DNA of 64,000 nucleotides from an uncultured delta proteobacterium (GTDB lineage: Bacteria; Desulfobacterota; Binatia; UBA9968): NCBI GenBank assembly GCA_963755715.1, contig CAVWLW010000025.1, positions 64,001-128,000 on the forward strand, read 5' to 3'. The position numbers were made by a program, and so were the translations under genes. The notes beneath the pieces are model-generated. The model searched no databases, was not told the DNA's origin, and worked only from the letters and a program-made list of their open reading frames with translations. Below are positions 20,939 to 31,976 of the stretch, piece by piece; the first letter of the stretch is position 1, and every line of letters begins with the position of its first letter.

Positions 20939-21412
20939 TTAAACTTTTATCCTTTCAATAATCTCCGTTGTCGAAAATCCTTCCAGGTAGGGAATCACCG
21001 CCACCCGCCCGCCGTGCCGCTCAACGATATCGGCGCCAATAATTTTGTCCGGGCTCCAGTCTCCGCCTTTGGCCAAAACGTTGGGCTTGATTGCAGCGAT
21101 CAAATTATACGGATCAGGCTCGTCGTAAACGACGACGTAGTCTACCATCTCCATCGCGGCGATCAACTCGACTCGATCGATCTCGGGCATAATGGGCCGG
21201 CTCGGTCCTTTTATGGCTTTCACCGATGAGTCGCTGTTCATTGCGACAATCAGCAAGTCTCCTTGCCCTTTCGCTTCTCGCAGCATGTGCACATGGCCGC
21301 GATGGAGCAGGTCGAAGCAGCCGTTTGTAAAAACCACGGTTTTGCCCTTTGCTCTGGCCTGGGCCGCGATCTCGCTGAGTTCGCCAACGCTTTTCAGCTT
21401 GTCGGACACCAC
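20939..21412 (-). CDS. rfaE2: D-glycero-beta-D-manno-heptose 1-phosphate adenylyltransferase
   Basis: [33 protein letters not shown]. Confidence 0.9.
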   Translation of the reverse strand: MVSDKLKSVGELSEIAAQARAKGKTVVFTNGCFDLLHRGHVHMLREAKGQGDLLIVAMNSDSSVKAIKGPSRPIMPEIDRVELIAAMEMVDYVVVYDEPDPYNLIAAIKPNVLAKGGDWSPDKIIGADIVERHGGRVAVIPYLEGFSTTEIIERIKV

Positions 21413-21469
21413 CTTTGGGTAACACGATAAGTCGCTGTTTTCAATTAAATTTCGCGAATTTCGCCGAAC

Positions 21470-21498
21470 TTGACCGGGCTGGAAAATTTCGTTAAGGT
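21470..21498 (+). promoter_or_regulatory. Putative sigma70 promoter of the UbiD-family gene
   Basis: TTGACC-N17-TAAGGT upstream of the AGGAGG RBS. Confidence 0.45.
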
Positions 21499-21557
21499 CA
21501 GAAGCGCAATAAGCTTTATATTTTTTGAGTCTTTGCCAAATTAATTAGGAGGACCGA

Positions 21558-22997
21558 ATGGAATATCAGGATCTGCGAGACTGGATCCAAATCGCCGATG
21601 AGATGGGCGAGCTCAAGACCTTAAAGGGCTGCGACTGGAACCTGGAGATCGGTGCGATCACCGAGATCGTTGCCCATAAAGAAGACGGCCCGGCCGTGTT
21701 ATTCGAAGATATCAAGGGCTACCCCAAAGGCTATCGCGTACTATCCAACTCGCTTTCATCGCGCAAGCGATTGGCTCTTACGCTGGGGCTTCCTGCGGGC
21801 GAAACCAAAATGGATTTCGTCAAGATTTGGAAAGACAATTATAAGAGTATCAAACCGGTACCCGCAAAATTCGTCAAGAAAAGTGGACTTTTCGACAACG
21901 TGTATAAAGACGGCGACATCGACATGTTTAAGTTCCCGACGCCGCTCTGGCATGACAAAGACGGAGGCCGCTATATCGGTACGGGCAGTGTCGACATTAC
22001 GCGCGACCCCGACGAAGGTTGGGTTAATTACGGCACCTACCGGGTTATGATCCATGACAAAAATAAGCTTGGATTTTACATTTCACCTGGCAAGCACGGC
22101 CGCATCCAACGGGAAAAGTATGCTGCCAGCGGCAAGCCTTTCAAAATCGCGATGTCATTCGGTCACGATCCCTTAACTTTTTTGGCTGGCAGCATAGAAG
22201 TACCTTATGGTGTCCCGGAGTATGAATTCATCGGCGGGTTGCGCGGCGAACCGTTTGAGATGATCGAAGGCGAGTATTCCGGTTTGCCGATTCCGGCGAA
22301 CGCGGAGATCGTCATCGAAGGCGACGTGCATTTCGATAACCCGAAAGTCGAAGGTCCGTTCGGCGAGTGGACGGGCTATTATGCCAGCGCGGAGCGCGCG
22401 GAGCCGTGGGTCGAAGTGAAGCGCCTCTACCACCGCAACGATCCGATTATCCTCGGCTCACCTCCGGGCCGACCGCCGGCAGAGCTTGGCTGGTATCGAT
22501 CCTATCTGCGTTCCGCTTTGATTTGGGATGAGATGGAAAAGGCGGGTGTGCCAGACGTTAAAGGTGTCTGGCTCACGGTGTCCGGCGGCAGCCGTTTGAT
22601 GATGTGTGTCTCGATCAAACAGCGCTATCCGGGCCACGCCAAACAAGCGGCGATCATCGCTTCGCAGTGTCACGCCGGCGCCTATCTCGGGCGCTTCGTC
22701 GTGGTTGTCGACGATGATATCGATCCGTCCAATACGGACGATATGATCTGGGCCATGTCGAGCCGCTGTGAACCGGAGCAGGATATCGATATCTTGCGCC
22801 GCTGCTGGAGCGGACCGCTTGATCCGGTCATCCATCCGACGAAGAAGGGCTTCAATTCGCGCGCGATCATCGACGCGACTCGGCCCTACGAATGGATAAA
22901 AGACTTTCCACCCGTGGCCGAATCGAGCAAAGAAGTGCTCGATGCTACGGCTAAGAAATGGGGCGCGGAATTGTTCGGCACGAACGGCAAGAAGTAA
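21558..22997 (+). CDS. UbiD family (prFMN-dependent) decarboxylase
   Basis: DGGRYIGT, NYGTYR, EGPFGEWTGYY, VVVDDDID, IDAT. Confidence 0.9.
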   Translation: MEYQDLRDWIQIADEMGELKTLKGCDWNLEIGAITEIVAHKEDGPAVLFEDIKGYPKGYRVLSNSLSSRKRLALTLGLPAGETKMDFVKIWKDNYKSIKPVPAKFVKKSGLFDNVYKDGDIDMFKFPTPLWHDKDGGRYIGTGSVDITRDPDEGWVNYGTYRVMIHDKNKLGFYISPGKHGRIQREKYAASGKPFKIAMSFGHDPLTFLAGSIEVPYGVPEYEFIGGLRGEPFEMIEGEYSGLPIPANAEIVIEGDVHFDNPKVEGPFGEWTGYYASAERAEPWVEVKRLYHRNDPIILGSPPGRPPAELGWYRSYLRSALIWDEMEKAGVPDVKGVWLTVSGGSRLMMCVSIKQRYPGHAKQAAIIASQCHAGAYLGRFVVVVDDDIDPSNTDDMIWAMSSRCEPEQDIDILRRCWSGPLDPVIHPTKKGFNSRAIIDATRPYEWIKDFPPVAESSKEVLDATAKKWGAELFGTNGKK

Positions 22998-23022
22998 CGG
23001 CGCCCTAACAACCGATTTATTA

Positions 23023-23814
23023 CTACGAAGGCAAGTCGATCACGACCGTGGTCGGCTTGCCTTTTTTTATGACTTCGAGCTTGATGCGAGCCGGCGATTT
23101 CATGTCTTGGATCAAAGCTTCAAGATCGTTAGCCGAGGTCAAGCTCTGCTCGTTGGCTTTGGTGATGATGTCGCCGCGCTGGATGCCTGCTTTCATCGCC
23201 ATGCCTCCCAGTAGTACATCGGCGACGACCACGCCTTTTTGTTGGCCACTTTCGAGAAGATTCGCCAGTTCCGGTGTCAAGTCCTGTACTTGGATGCCTA
23301 AGCGCGCCTCCGTCTGCTCGGCGCGGTCCGGTTGGACGGGCACGGCCTTGGCTTTGGCAAGCACCTGAGCTGAAACGAAAATCGGTGCTTTCACGCGTAG
23401 CGCGATGGCGATGGCGTCGCTTGGTCGGCTGTCGATCTGCAGTTCTTTTCCCTTGGACTCTACCGAAAGGAACGCGATGTAAGTATCATTGCGCAGTTCG
23501 GCGATCACAACCCGCCTCAGCTTCGCGTCCAGTTCCTGGAGAATATTGCCGATAAGATCGTGCGTCAGCGGGCGGGGAATTTTTATATTTTCAAGAGCGA
23601 TGGCGATCGCCCGCGCCTCGGGGCCGGCGATCCAAATCGGCAACAGTTTCTTGTCGGTTATCGTTTCAAGGATAACCACCGGGGACTGAGAATTGGGATC
23701 AACCACGAGAGTTTTGACTTTCGTTTCGACCAAGGGAGAATTTTGCGCGGCATGGAGGCGCTGCGAACCTAAGAAAGTTAGAAGGACGAGCACATACCAA
23801 CCCTTTGTTTTCAT
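23023..23814 (-). CDS. Bifunctional nuclease (DUF151/BFN) domain plus C-terminal PDZ domain, with N-terminal signal peptide
   Basis: LPIWI..EA, RPLTHDL and DSRPSDAIAIALR (DUF151). LGIQVQDLTPEL...AGIQRGDII (HtrA-type PDZ). GAGGAGG RBS before ATG 23814. Confidence 0.8.
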   Translation of the reverse strand: MKTKGWYVLVLLTFLGSQRLHAAQNSPLVETKVKTLVVDPNSQSPVVILETITDKKLLPIWIAGPEARAIAIALENIKIPRPLTHDLIGNILQELDAKLRRVVIAELRNDTYIAFLSVESKGKELQIDSRPSDAIAIALRVKAPIFVSAQVLAKAKAVPVQPDRAEQTEARLGIQVQDLTPELANLLESGQQKGVVVADVLLGGMAMKAGIQRGDIITKANEQSLTSANDLEALIQDMKSPARIKLEVIKKGKPTTVVIDLPS

Positions 23815-23855
23815 TGGAACCTCCTCGCTCACACGCCCGTGTTGAGTCATTTTGA

Positions 23856-23926
23856 ATTATCCAGCACCGGCAAATCATGTCAATGGATCAACTTATCTTG
23901 ACCGACGCCGACGAGCTAAGTATGGT
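23856..23926. promoter_or_regulatory. Back-to-back sigma70 promoters for the DUF151-PDZ gene (-) and mutL (+)
   Basis: Minus strand TTGACA-N16-GATAAT (23883..23856). Plus strand TTGACC-N17-TATGGT (23898..23926). Confidence 0.5.
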
Positions 23927-23949
23927 CGACGGAGGAGTGAGGTTGCCTG

Positions 23950-25686
23950 GTGAAGATCCAAATTCTTTCCGATGAGATGGCCAGTCGGATCGCCGCCGGT
24001 GAAGTGGTCGAACGGCCGGCTTCGGCGGTCAAGGAGCTAATCGAAAATTCGCTCGACGCGAGTGCGACGGAAATCTTTATTTCAGTCGAAAAGAGCGGCA
24101 CTTCGTCGATCCGGGTGTCGGATAATGGCGAAGGCATGGCGCCCGAGGATCTGAATCTTGCCGTGGAGCGCCACGCGACGAGCAAGCTAAAAGTAGACGA
24201 AGATCTGTTTCGCATCGCGACCTTGGGATTTCGCGGCGAGGCTCTGCCGAGCATCGGCTCGGTGTCCAAGTTGCAAGTCGTTTCCCGTTCGCCGAACGCA
24301 CCGACTGCTCAGAAGCTGTGCGTCGAGGGCGGAAAGAAAGGTGAGATGCTTCCGACAGCGGCCGCGGTCGGGACTTCGATCGAGATCAAAGACATTTTTT
24401 TTAACACCCCGGCGCGCCGGAAGTTTCTCAAAGCGCCGGCGACGGAATTGAGCCATATCTGCGACGCGGTCAACCGCATGGCCTTGGCGTATCCGGGCGT
24501 GCATTTTCGTCTTGAGCACGATGGCCGCACGGTTGCCGACTATGTATCGGTCAACGACGGCCAAGACCGCTTGTATCAGGTTTTTGGCCGGGAGATTGCC
24601 AAGGGTTTAGCGGCCTTTGATTGGCGGCAAGGGGAGCTTGCAGCGCACGGATTTCTGAGCTCCGCGCCCCTATCCTTTCCCAACGCCCGTTATCTCTACA
24701 CTTTTGTCAATCGGCGCTACGTGCGCGACAAAGTGCTTACTCATGCGGTGCTCCAGGGCTATGAGACTTTGCTAATGAAGGGGCAGTATCCAGCGGTTGT
24801 GTTGTTTCTCAATGTGCCCTTCGGTGAAGTCGACGTCAACGTTCATCCAGCGAAATTTGAGGTTCGTTTTCGCCGCCAGTCCGATGTTCACGAAGCGGTT
24901 GCACGGGCGATTCGCCAGGCGCTCAGGCAAGAGGCGAAAGAGCCGGGACCGCGCAGTGGAGCGATCTCATCCAGTTCGTTTTCCGGGGTGCGCGAAGTGG
25001 CGTTACCCTACGGCTTGAGCGCGAGAACGGCGCCAGACAATCCGGCGCCAACTTACGGCAACGTTTTTACGCTACCACCGCGGGCCGCGGCTCAAGAGGG
25101 ATTTTATTCTTCGATGCGCGTGCTCGGGCAAATTCTCGGTTGCTATCTGGTCTGCGCCTCCTCGCAAGGGTTAGCGCTGATCGATCAGCATGCCGCGCAC
25201 GAAAGGGTCGCCTTCGAGAAGTTGCGCCGGCAGATGGATGCTGGAAAAGTTGCCATGCAAAACCTCCTGATCCCGCAGACGGTTCGGCTCAGTGCCGGCG
25301 AAATGATGCTGTTGGAGCAAAAACTCGATGTTCTCCGGCGCTTCGGTTTCGATCTGGAACCATTTGGCCCGGACGCCTATGCGATTCATAGCGTCCCCGC
25401 TTTGTTACCCGAGGGCGATTACAGTCAGGTGGTGCGTCAAATGGTCGCCGATCTTGCCGAAGTCGATACCTCGAGCAAACTGCGCGAGCATCTCGAAGAC
25501 CGTCTCGCGACGATCGCTTGTCACAGCGTGATCCGCGCCAATCGCATGCTCGAAATGGACGAGATGCGGGCTCTGCTCAGCGATTTGGATCAAATCGATT
25601 TCGCCACGCAGTGCCCGCACGGCCGACCGGTGCTGATCGAGATCAGCCGCGACGAACTGGAGCGAATGTTCAAGCGCGTGGTTTAG
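23950..25686 (+). CDS. mutL: DNA mismatch repair endonuclease MutL
   Basis: IAAGEVVERP, GFRGEAL, DQHAAHER, ACH, CPHGRP. Confidence 0.97.
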   Translation: MKIQILSDEMASRIAAGEVVERPASAVKELIENSLDASATEIFISVEKSGTSSIRVSDNGEGMAPEDLNLAVERHATSKLKVDEDLFRIATLGFRGEALPSIGSVSKLQVVSRSPNAPTAQKLCVEGGKKGEMLPTAAAVGTSIEIKDIFFNTPARRKFLKAPATELSHICDAVNRMALAYPGVHFRLEHDGRTVADYVSVNDGQDRLYQVFGREIAKGLAAFDWRQGELAAHGFLSSAPLSFPNARYLYTFVNRRYVRDKVLTHAVLQGYETLLMKGQYPAVVLFLNVPFGEVDVNVHPAKFEVRFRRQSDVHEAVARAIRQALRQEAKEPGPRSGAISSSSFSGVREVALPYGLSARTAPDNPAPTYGNVFTLPPRAAAQEGFYSSMRVLGQILGCYLVCASSQGLALIDQHAAHERVAFEKLRRQMDAGKVAMQNLLIPQTVRLSAGEMMLLEQKLDVLRRFGFDLEPFGPDAYAIHSVPALLPEGDYSQVVRQMVADLAEVDTSSKLREHLEDRLATIACHSVIRANRMLEMDEMRALLSDLDQIDFATQCPHGRPVLIEISRDELERMFKRVV

Positions 25687-25768
25687 TTTCTAGCTACGTG
25701 AAGTCGCTGCATGCAGGGTTTCCGAGTTCCTATTAACCTTTGAAAAAAGATTTTCTCCACAAGATTCG

Positions 25769-26695
25769 ATGAAGCCCAAGCTGGTGATCGTGCTCGGACC
25801 GACGGCTGTGGGCAAATCCGAGGTTGCCTTACAGCTGGCGCAGAGCATCAACAGCGAGATCGTCAATGCCGATTCGCAGCAAGTATATCGTCACATGGAT
25901 ATCGGCACTGGCAAGCCGTCGATGGACGATCAACAGCGTGTGCGCCATCATTTGATCGATATCGTGGATCCCGATGAAGAATTTAACGCCGCATTTTATC
26001 GACAGCTTGCAACCGCGGCGATCGATGACATTCAAAAGCGCGGCAAAAACGCGCTGATCTGCGGTGGCACTGGGCTTTATCTCAAAGCATTGACCCACGG
26101 TCTGTTTACAGGCCCCGGTCAGGATCCGGACCTGCGCCGAAGGTTGGAGCAAGAGATCAACGAAAACGGTTTGGCGGCGGTGTATCAGCGTTTAGTCGAG
26201 ATCGATGCCAGCGTCTTGTCGTCGATCCATCCGAACGACCGCCAGCGTATCATTCGAGCCTTGGAAGTCTATCGCATCACCGGCAAGCCGATTAGCGCCT
26301 GGCAGAAAGAGCATGCGTTTCAAGAAGAGCCCTTCGAAGTGTTGAAGATCGGTTTGCTGCGCGAGCGCGCCGAGCTTTACGATTTGATCAATCGGCGCAG
26401 CGAGCAAATGCTGGAAGCGGGCTTACTGGATGAAGTCCGTGGCTTGATCTCGCGCGGTTATAGCCTGGAGCTAAAACAGTTGCGCAGTGTCGGCTACCGT
26501 CAAATAGGCGAAGTGTTGCAGGGCGCAAAAACCGTTGTTGAAGCGCTCGAGGAAATGAAACAGGAAACGCGACGGCTCGCCAAGCGCCAGCTTACCTGGT
26601 ATCGCGCCGACACGGACATTCATTGGTATCATCCGGAAAAACAACAAGGTGAGATTCTCAGCGCAGCGCGACGGTTTTTAGAGCGTTCGCTTTGA
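25769..26695 (+). CDS. miaA: tRNA dimethylallyltransferase
   Basis: GPTAVGKS, DSQQVY, IGTGKP, GGTGLY, AKRQLTW. Confidence 0.95.
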   Translation: MKPKLVIVLGPTAVGKSEVALQLAQSINSEIVNADSQQVYRHMDIGTGKPSMDDQQRVRHHLIDIVDPDEEFNAAFYRQLATAAIDDIQKRGKNALICGGTGLYLKALTHGLFTGPGQDPDLRRRLEQEINENGLAAVYQRLVEIDASVLSSIHPNDRQRIIRALEVYRITGKPISAWQKEHAFQEEPFEVLKIGLLRERAELYDLINRRSEQMLEAGLLDEVRGLISRGYSLELKQLRSVGYRQIGEVLQGAKTVVEALEEMKQETRRLAKRQLTWYRADTDIHWYHPEKQQGEILSAARRFLERSL

Positions 26696-26705
26696 CGGGA
26701 AGACA

Positions 26706-26949
26706 ATGGAGTTTCTAGAAAGTAGTCATTCGCGCCGTCACACTCGTGATGCTTATGCTGCCGCTGTTCGCTGATTTTTCACCGCGGGCTTGCGGCGCAG
26801 ATTCGACATTCAACTGGAAAGCATCGAAAGCGGAGCCGTATCGCTCCTAAGTGTTACATCCAGAGCGATACGACTAATCCGCCGGCCAATGAAATTCGCG
26901 CGGCGGAGTTTCTCAAGGAAATTTTCGAAACCCAAGACCCGAAACTCTC

Positions 26950-26953
<4 letters not shown>
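26706..26953 (+). pseudogene. N-terminal remnant of an M20/M25/M40-type metallopeptidase
   Basis: Across broken frames: a signal-peptide-like start, FNWKA/IESGAVSLLS, then YIQSDTTNPPANEIRAAEFLKEIF, ending at the cobW stop. Confidence 0.5.
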
Positions 26954-28206
<1,253 letters not shown>

Positions 28207-28311
28207 GCACTTGAAATCCTTCCGTGATTGTTTTCTAAAGGTAACAACGAGGCGGAAGCGAGTCAACTTTGCATTTTTTAGTCATTTCGCTTTAGAGGAA
28301 GGGGCTTGGTG

Positions 28312-29062
28312 ATGAAGCTCAAAGGGAAAGTCGCATTTATCACGGGATTCGGATCGGGATTGGGGCAAGCAATAGCGCGTCATGTTTGCCAAAGAGGGTG
28401 CGGCGGTGGCAGGAACATCGCCGACCGAAGCGAAAGGTCGCGAGACAGTTGCGATGGTCGAAAAGGTCGGCGGTAGGGCGCTCTATTGGCCGGGCGACGT
28501 TTCCCACTCGGCGCAAATGAAAACCATGATCGCTGAAACCGTCCGGCAATTGGGCGGTATCGACATCGTCGTCAACAGCGGCGGCGTGCGCACCAACGGC
28601 AGCATTACCGATATTTCCGAAGACGATTGGGACCGCACGCTCGACGTGAATTTGAAAGGCGCGTTTATCGTATCCCGGTTGGCGATCCCCGAGATGAAAA
28701 AACGCGGCGGCGGCGTGATTCTTCACATTGCGGCGCGCTCAGGGATGCTCGGTCAATCGGGACGAGCGGCATACTGCGCCTCGAAAGGCGGCATGGTTCG
28801 TTTGACCGAAGCGATGGCGATGGACCACGCCAAGGATAAAATCCGCGTCAATTGTATCTGTCCCGGGCCGACGCGGACGCCAATGGTGGATACATCGACC
28901 CCCGAAAAGCTAGCGCGCTACAAAACCAGAGTGCCGATCGGCCGCATCGGTGAGCCGGAAGACGTTGCATACGCGGCATTGTATCTCGCCTCGGACGAAG
29001 CCTCGATGGTCACGGCGGCAATTCTTCCCGTGGACGGCGGCATGCGGTTGACAGGGCCGTAG
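28312..29062 (+). CDS. SDR family oxidoreductase, frameshifted near 28375
   Basis: MKLKGKVAFITGFGSGLGQAIA (ATG 28312), joined to ORF 28382 with YCASK, NCICPG and VDGG. Confidence 0.85.
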
Positions 29063-29117
29063 AGATTGAAAGTTGCTTATTTGACAAATGGATTAGGTTA
29101 GTGATGTTTTTGAATTG

Positions 29118-29188
29118 ACCACGAAGGCCACGACGAGCACGAAGGATTAGCCCGATGACATCTTCGTGTCCTTCGCGCGCTTCGTGGT
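29118..29188. repeat. REP-like imperfect inverted repeat built from ~9-bp units
   Basis: ACCACGAAG-GCCACGACG-AGCACGAAG ... CTTCGTGTC-CTTCGCGCG-CTTCGTGGT. Confidence 0.7.
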
Positions 29189-29209
29189 GATCCAAGCAGG
29201 GATGGAGAG

Positions 29210-29846
29210 ATGCTCGACGTACGGCCGATAGGGATCGAAGATTATACGGAGCGCTACAGCAAGCCGTTATCCGAATTGCACGACAAACTATGGGTGGAGA
29301 CCTATGCGAAAACGCACAGTCCTGGCATGATGGTGGGACCGGTCGAAGGGCAATTCTTGAAAATGTTGGCCACCTTGACCGGGGCGCGGCGCATCCTCGA
29401 GATCGGCATGTTCACCGGTTACAGCACGCTGGCATGGGCCGAGGCATTGCCGAAGGACGGCCGCATCGTTACCTGCGAGATCAATCCCGAAACGACTGAA
29501 ATCGCCAAGCGCTACTTTGCCGAGAGCCCGCACGGCCACAAGATAGAAATAAGACTTGGTCCGGCGCTCGATTCGCTGAAACTGATGCACGGCATTTTCG
29601 ACCTCTGCTTCATCGACGCCGACAAAGAAAACTACGGCGCCTATTATGATCGTTGCATGGAGCTGGTTCGTCCGCGCGGCCTAATCATTTTGGACAATAT
29701 GCTGCGCGGCGGGAGAGTCCTCGATCCGCAAGACAGACCGAGCCAAGCCGTCGACGCACTCAACAAACGCATCCGCAACGATCCCGCGGGTGGAGAACGT
29801 GCTGTTGCCGGTCAGGGATGGAATCATGTTGGTGCGGAAGTTGTGA
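29210..29846 (+). CDS. Class I SAM-dependent O-methyltransferase (CCoAOMT-like), frameshifted near 29785
   Basis: LEIGMFTGYS, FIDADK, DNML. The natural C-terminus RVENVLLPVRDGIMLVRKL* lies in the shifted frame. Confidence 0.85.
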
Positions 29847-29867
29847 GCCTTCGTCGATCGGTAAGCA

Positions 29868-30753
29868 TCAATTGTTCTGCGCCGCTAGCAATCGCAAAAT
29901 TTTCCCCAAATCTTTCGCCAGCGGCGCTGTCCATTCTCGCGGCTTTCCTTCAGTCTTGATCTTCAGTATTTCCGCGTGCAGAAACTGGCGCTTCAATCCG
30001 TATGCTTTGCGAAACCGTTTATTGAAACCGAAATCGCCGTGCTGGTCGTCCATGACGACCGGGTAGCCGAGCTTGGCGAAGTGTAGACGGATTTGGTGCA
30101 GGCGGCCGGTCTCGATGGCGGCGCGCACGAGAGTGACTTCGGAGAATTTTTTGACGACGCGATAGCGCGTGAGCGCGCGCACGGGATTACCTCCTCGCCC
30201 CGGCAAGCGGGAAGTCGATTTTGCCTTCGTTATTCGGTAGCCGCCCGACGAGCAGGCAGAGATATTCTTTTTCGACCGCGCCGGTTTCGAAGCAGCTTTC
30301 CAGTTCTTTGGCGCTCTCCGGATTCTTCGCAACCAACAGTAACCCCGAGGTATCTTTGTCGAGGCGATGCACGAGCTGCGGTTTTATGCCTCGGTCGCGA
30401 TACTGGGTTTCCAGAATCCCGAGCACCGATTCTTTTTTGCTGACGGTTTTGCCTTCGTGCACCGCAATGCCTGCGCGCTTGTTGAGCACGAGCAGCGCAT
30501 TGTCTTCGTAAATGATATCGAGCTTTGTCAGAGCGGGGCGTGGCTTGAACGTTTCGGCAGGCTTTTCGAAATCGATATAAAGCTGGATCCGGTCACCAGC
30601 CCGGACTAAGTCCTCAGGCTTGGCGCGCCGGCCGTTGAGGCGCACGCTATTTTTTCGAAACAGCTTTCGAACGTAACCGATTGGGAACTGTTTTTTTAGG
30701 AAGTTCTCGAGCTTTTTGACCGTCTCATTGTTCGGCAGGGCGATTTCGCGCAT
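29868..30753 (-). CDS. RluA-family pseudouridine synthase with S4 domain (RluC-like), frameshifted near 30195
   Basis: HRLDKDTSG in ORF 30187..30762. TGRLHQIR and FLHA in ORF 29868..30332. Confidence 0.85.
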
Positions 30754-30897
30754 GACCTTCAAACAAATACCGGCAGAAACCGATGGCAGTCAAGGCTAGG
30801 CGGCGCCAATATTTGCAATTCTCTAGTTGTTAAGCTAGGTTACGTGGATGGCGCCAAGGCATTCAGCCTTGTTGGTCCGCGCCGGGCGAGGTTGTCA

Positions 30898-31976
30898 TTG
30901 AGTCGTAATGAGTCGGTCGATGTTCTTAGACAAAAAATCGATCAAATTGATGCTAAAGTCGTTAACCTGCTAAATGATCGGGCTTCTCTGGCGCAGAGGA
31001 TTGGCCAAACCAAGAGCCTAAGCAGTCAAGAGGTTTACGTCCCCCATCGGGAGAAAGAAATTCTCCAAAGGGTCCGTGATTTAAATCGCGGGCCCCTCTC
31101 AGCGCAAGTCGTCGCGGCGGTTTTTCGGGAAATCATTTCCGGTTGTCGTTCGCTGGAAGAGCCGTTGCGCGTGGCTTTCTTCGGAGCCGAAGCAACTTAT
31201 ACCCATCTGGCCGCTCGAGAGAAATTCGGTTCCTCAGCCGACCTGCGATCGACGGCCAGCATCCCGGAAGTCTTTCAGGAAGTCAGCCAGGGCAGAGCGA
31301 CCTTCGGCGTGGTGCCGATCGAGAACTCGACCGAAGGCGCGGTCACGCATACTTTTGATTTACTGGTCGATTCCGACTTGCAGATTTGCGCGGAAATATA
31401 TTTGGACATTCATCACAATTTGCTTTCCCGCTCGGGCAAAGGACGCTGACGTGCAGCGAATTATTTCCCATCCTCAGGCATTGGCGCAGTGCCGCGGGAT
31501 GGTTGGCGCGGCGCTTCCCTTCGATCCCGGTCGACGAAGTCGCGAGCACCGCCCACGCCGCGATGAAGGCCGCGAAAGACGGCTCCTTGGCGGCGATTTC
31601 AAGCGCCATGGCCAAGGAAGTTTACAATCTGCAAACAGTCGCGGCCAATATCGAGGACCAGAGCAATAATATTACTCGCTTTGTGGTGATCGGTAAGATG
31701 CGCACGAAGCCGAGCAGGGACGACAAGACGTCATTGGTATTTTCCGTCCAAGACAAACCGGGCGTGCTGCATCAGATGCTGCAACCTTTTGCGCGCAGCC
31801 GTATTAACCTGACCAAAATCGAATCACGGCCGATCAAAAACAAACCGTGGGAATATCTGTTTTTTCTCGATATGCGCGGCCACCGCGAGCAGAGCGCGGT
31901 AAAAAAAGCGATCGCCGGATTAGAGAAGAATTGCCTGTTTCTGAAAATCTTGGGGTCCTATCCGAGCGGCAAATGA
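30898..31976 (+). CDS. pheA: Chorismate mutase/prephenate dehydratase, two frameshifts (about 31440 and 31498)
   Basis: CM domain (RQKIDQID), VPIENSTEG, SHPQALAQC, NITRF, NLTKIESRP. Confidence 0.9.
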
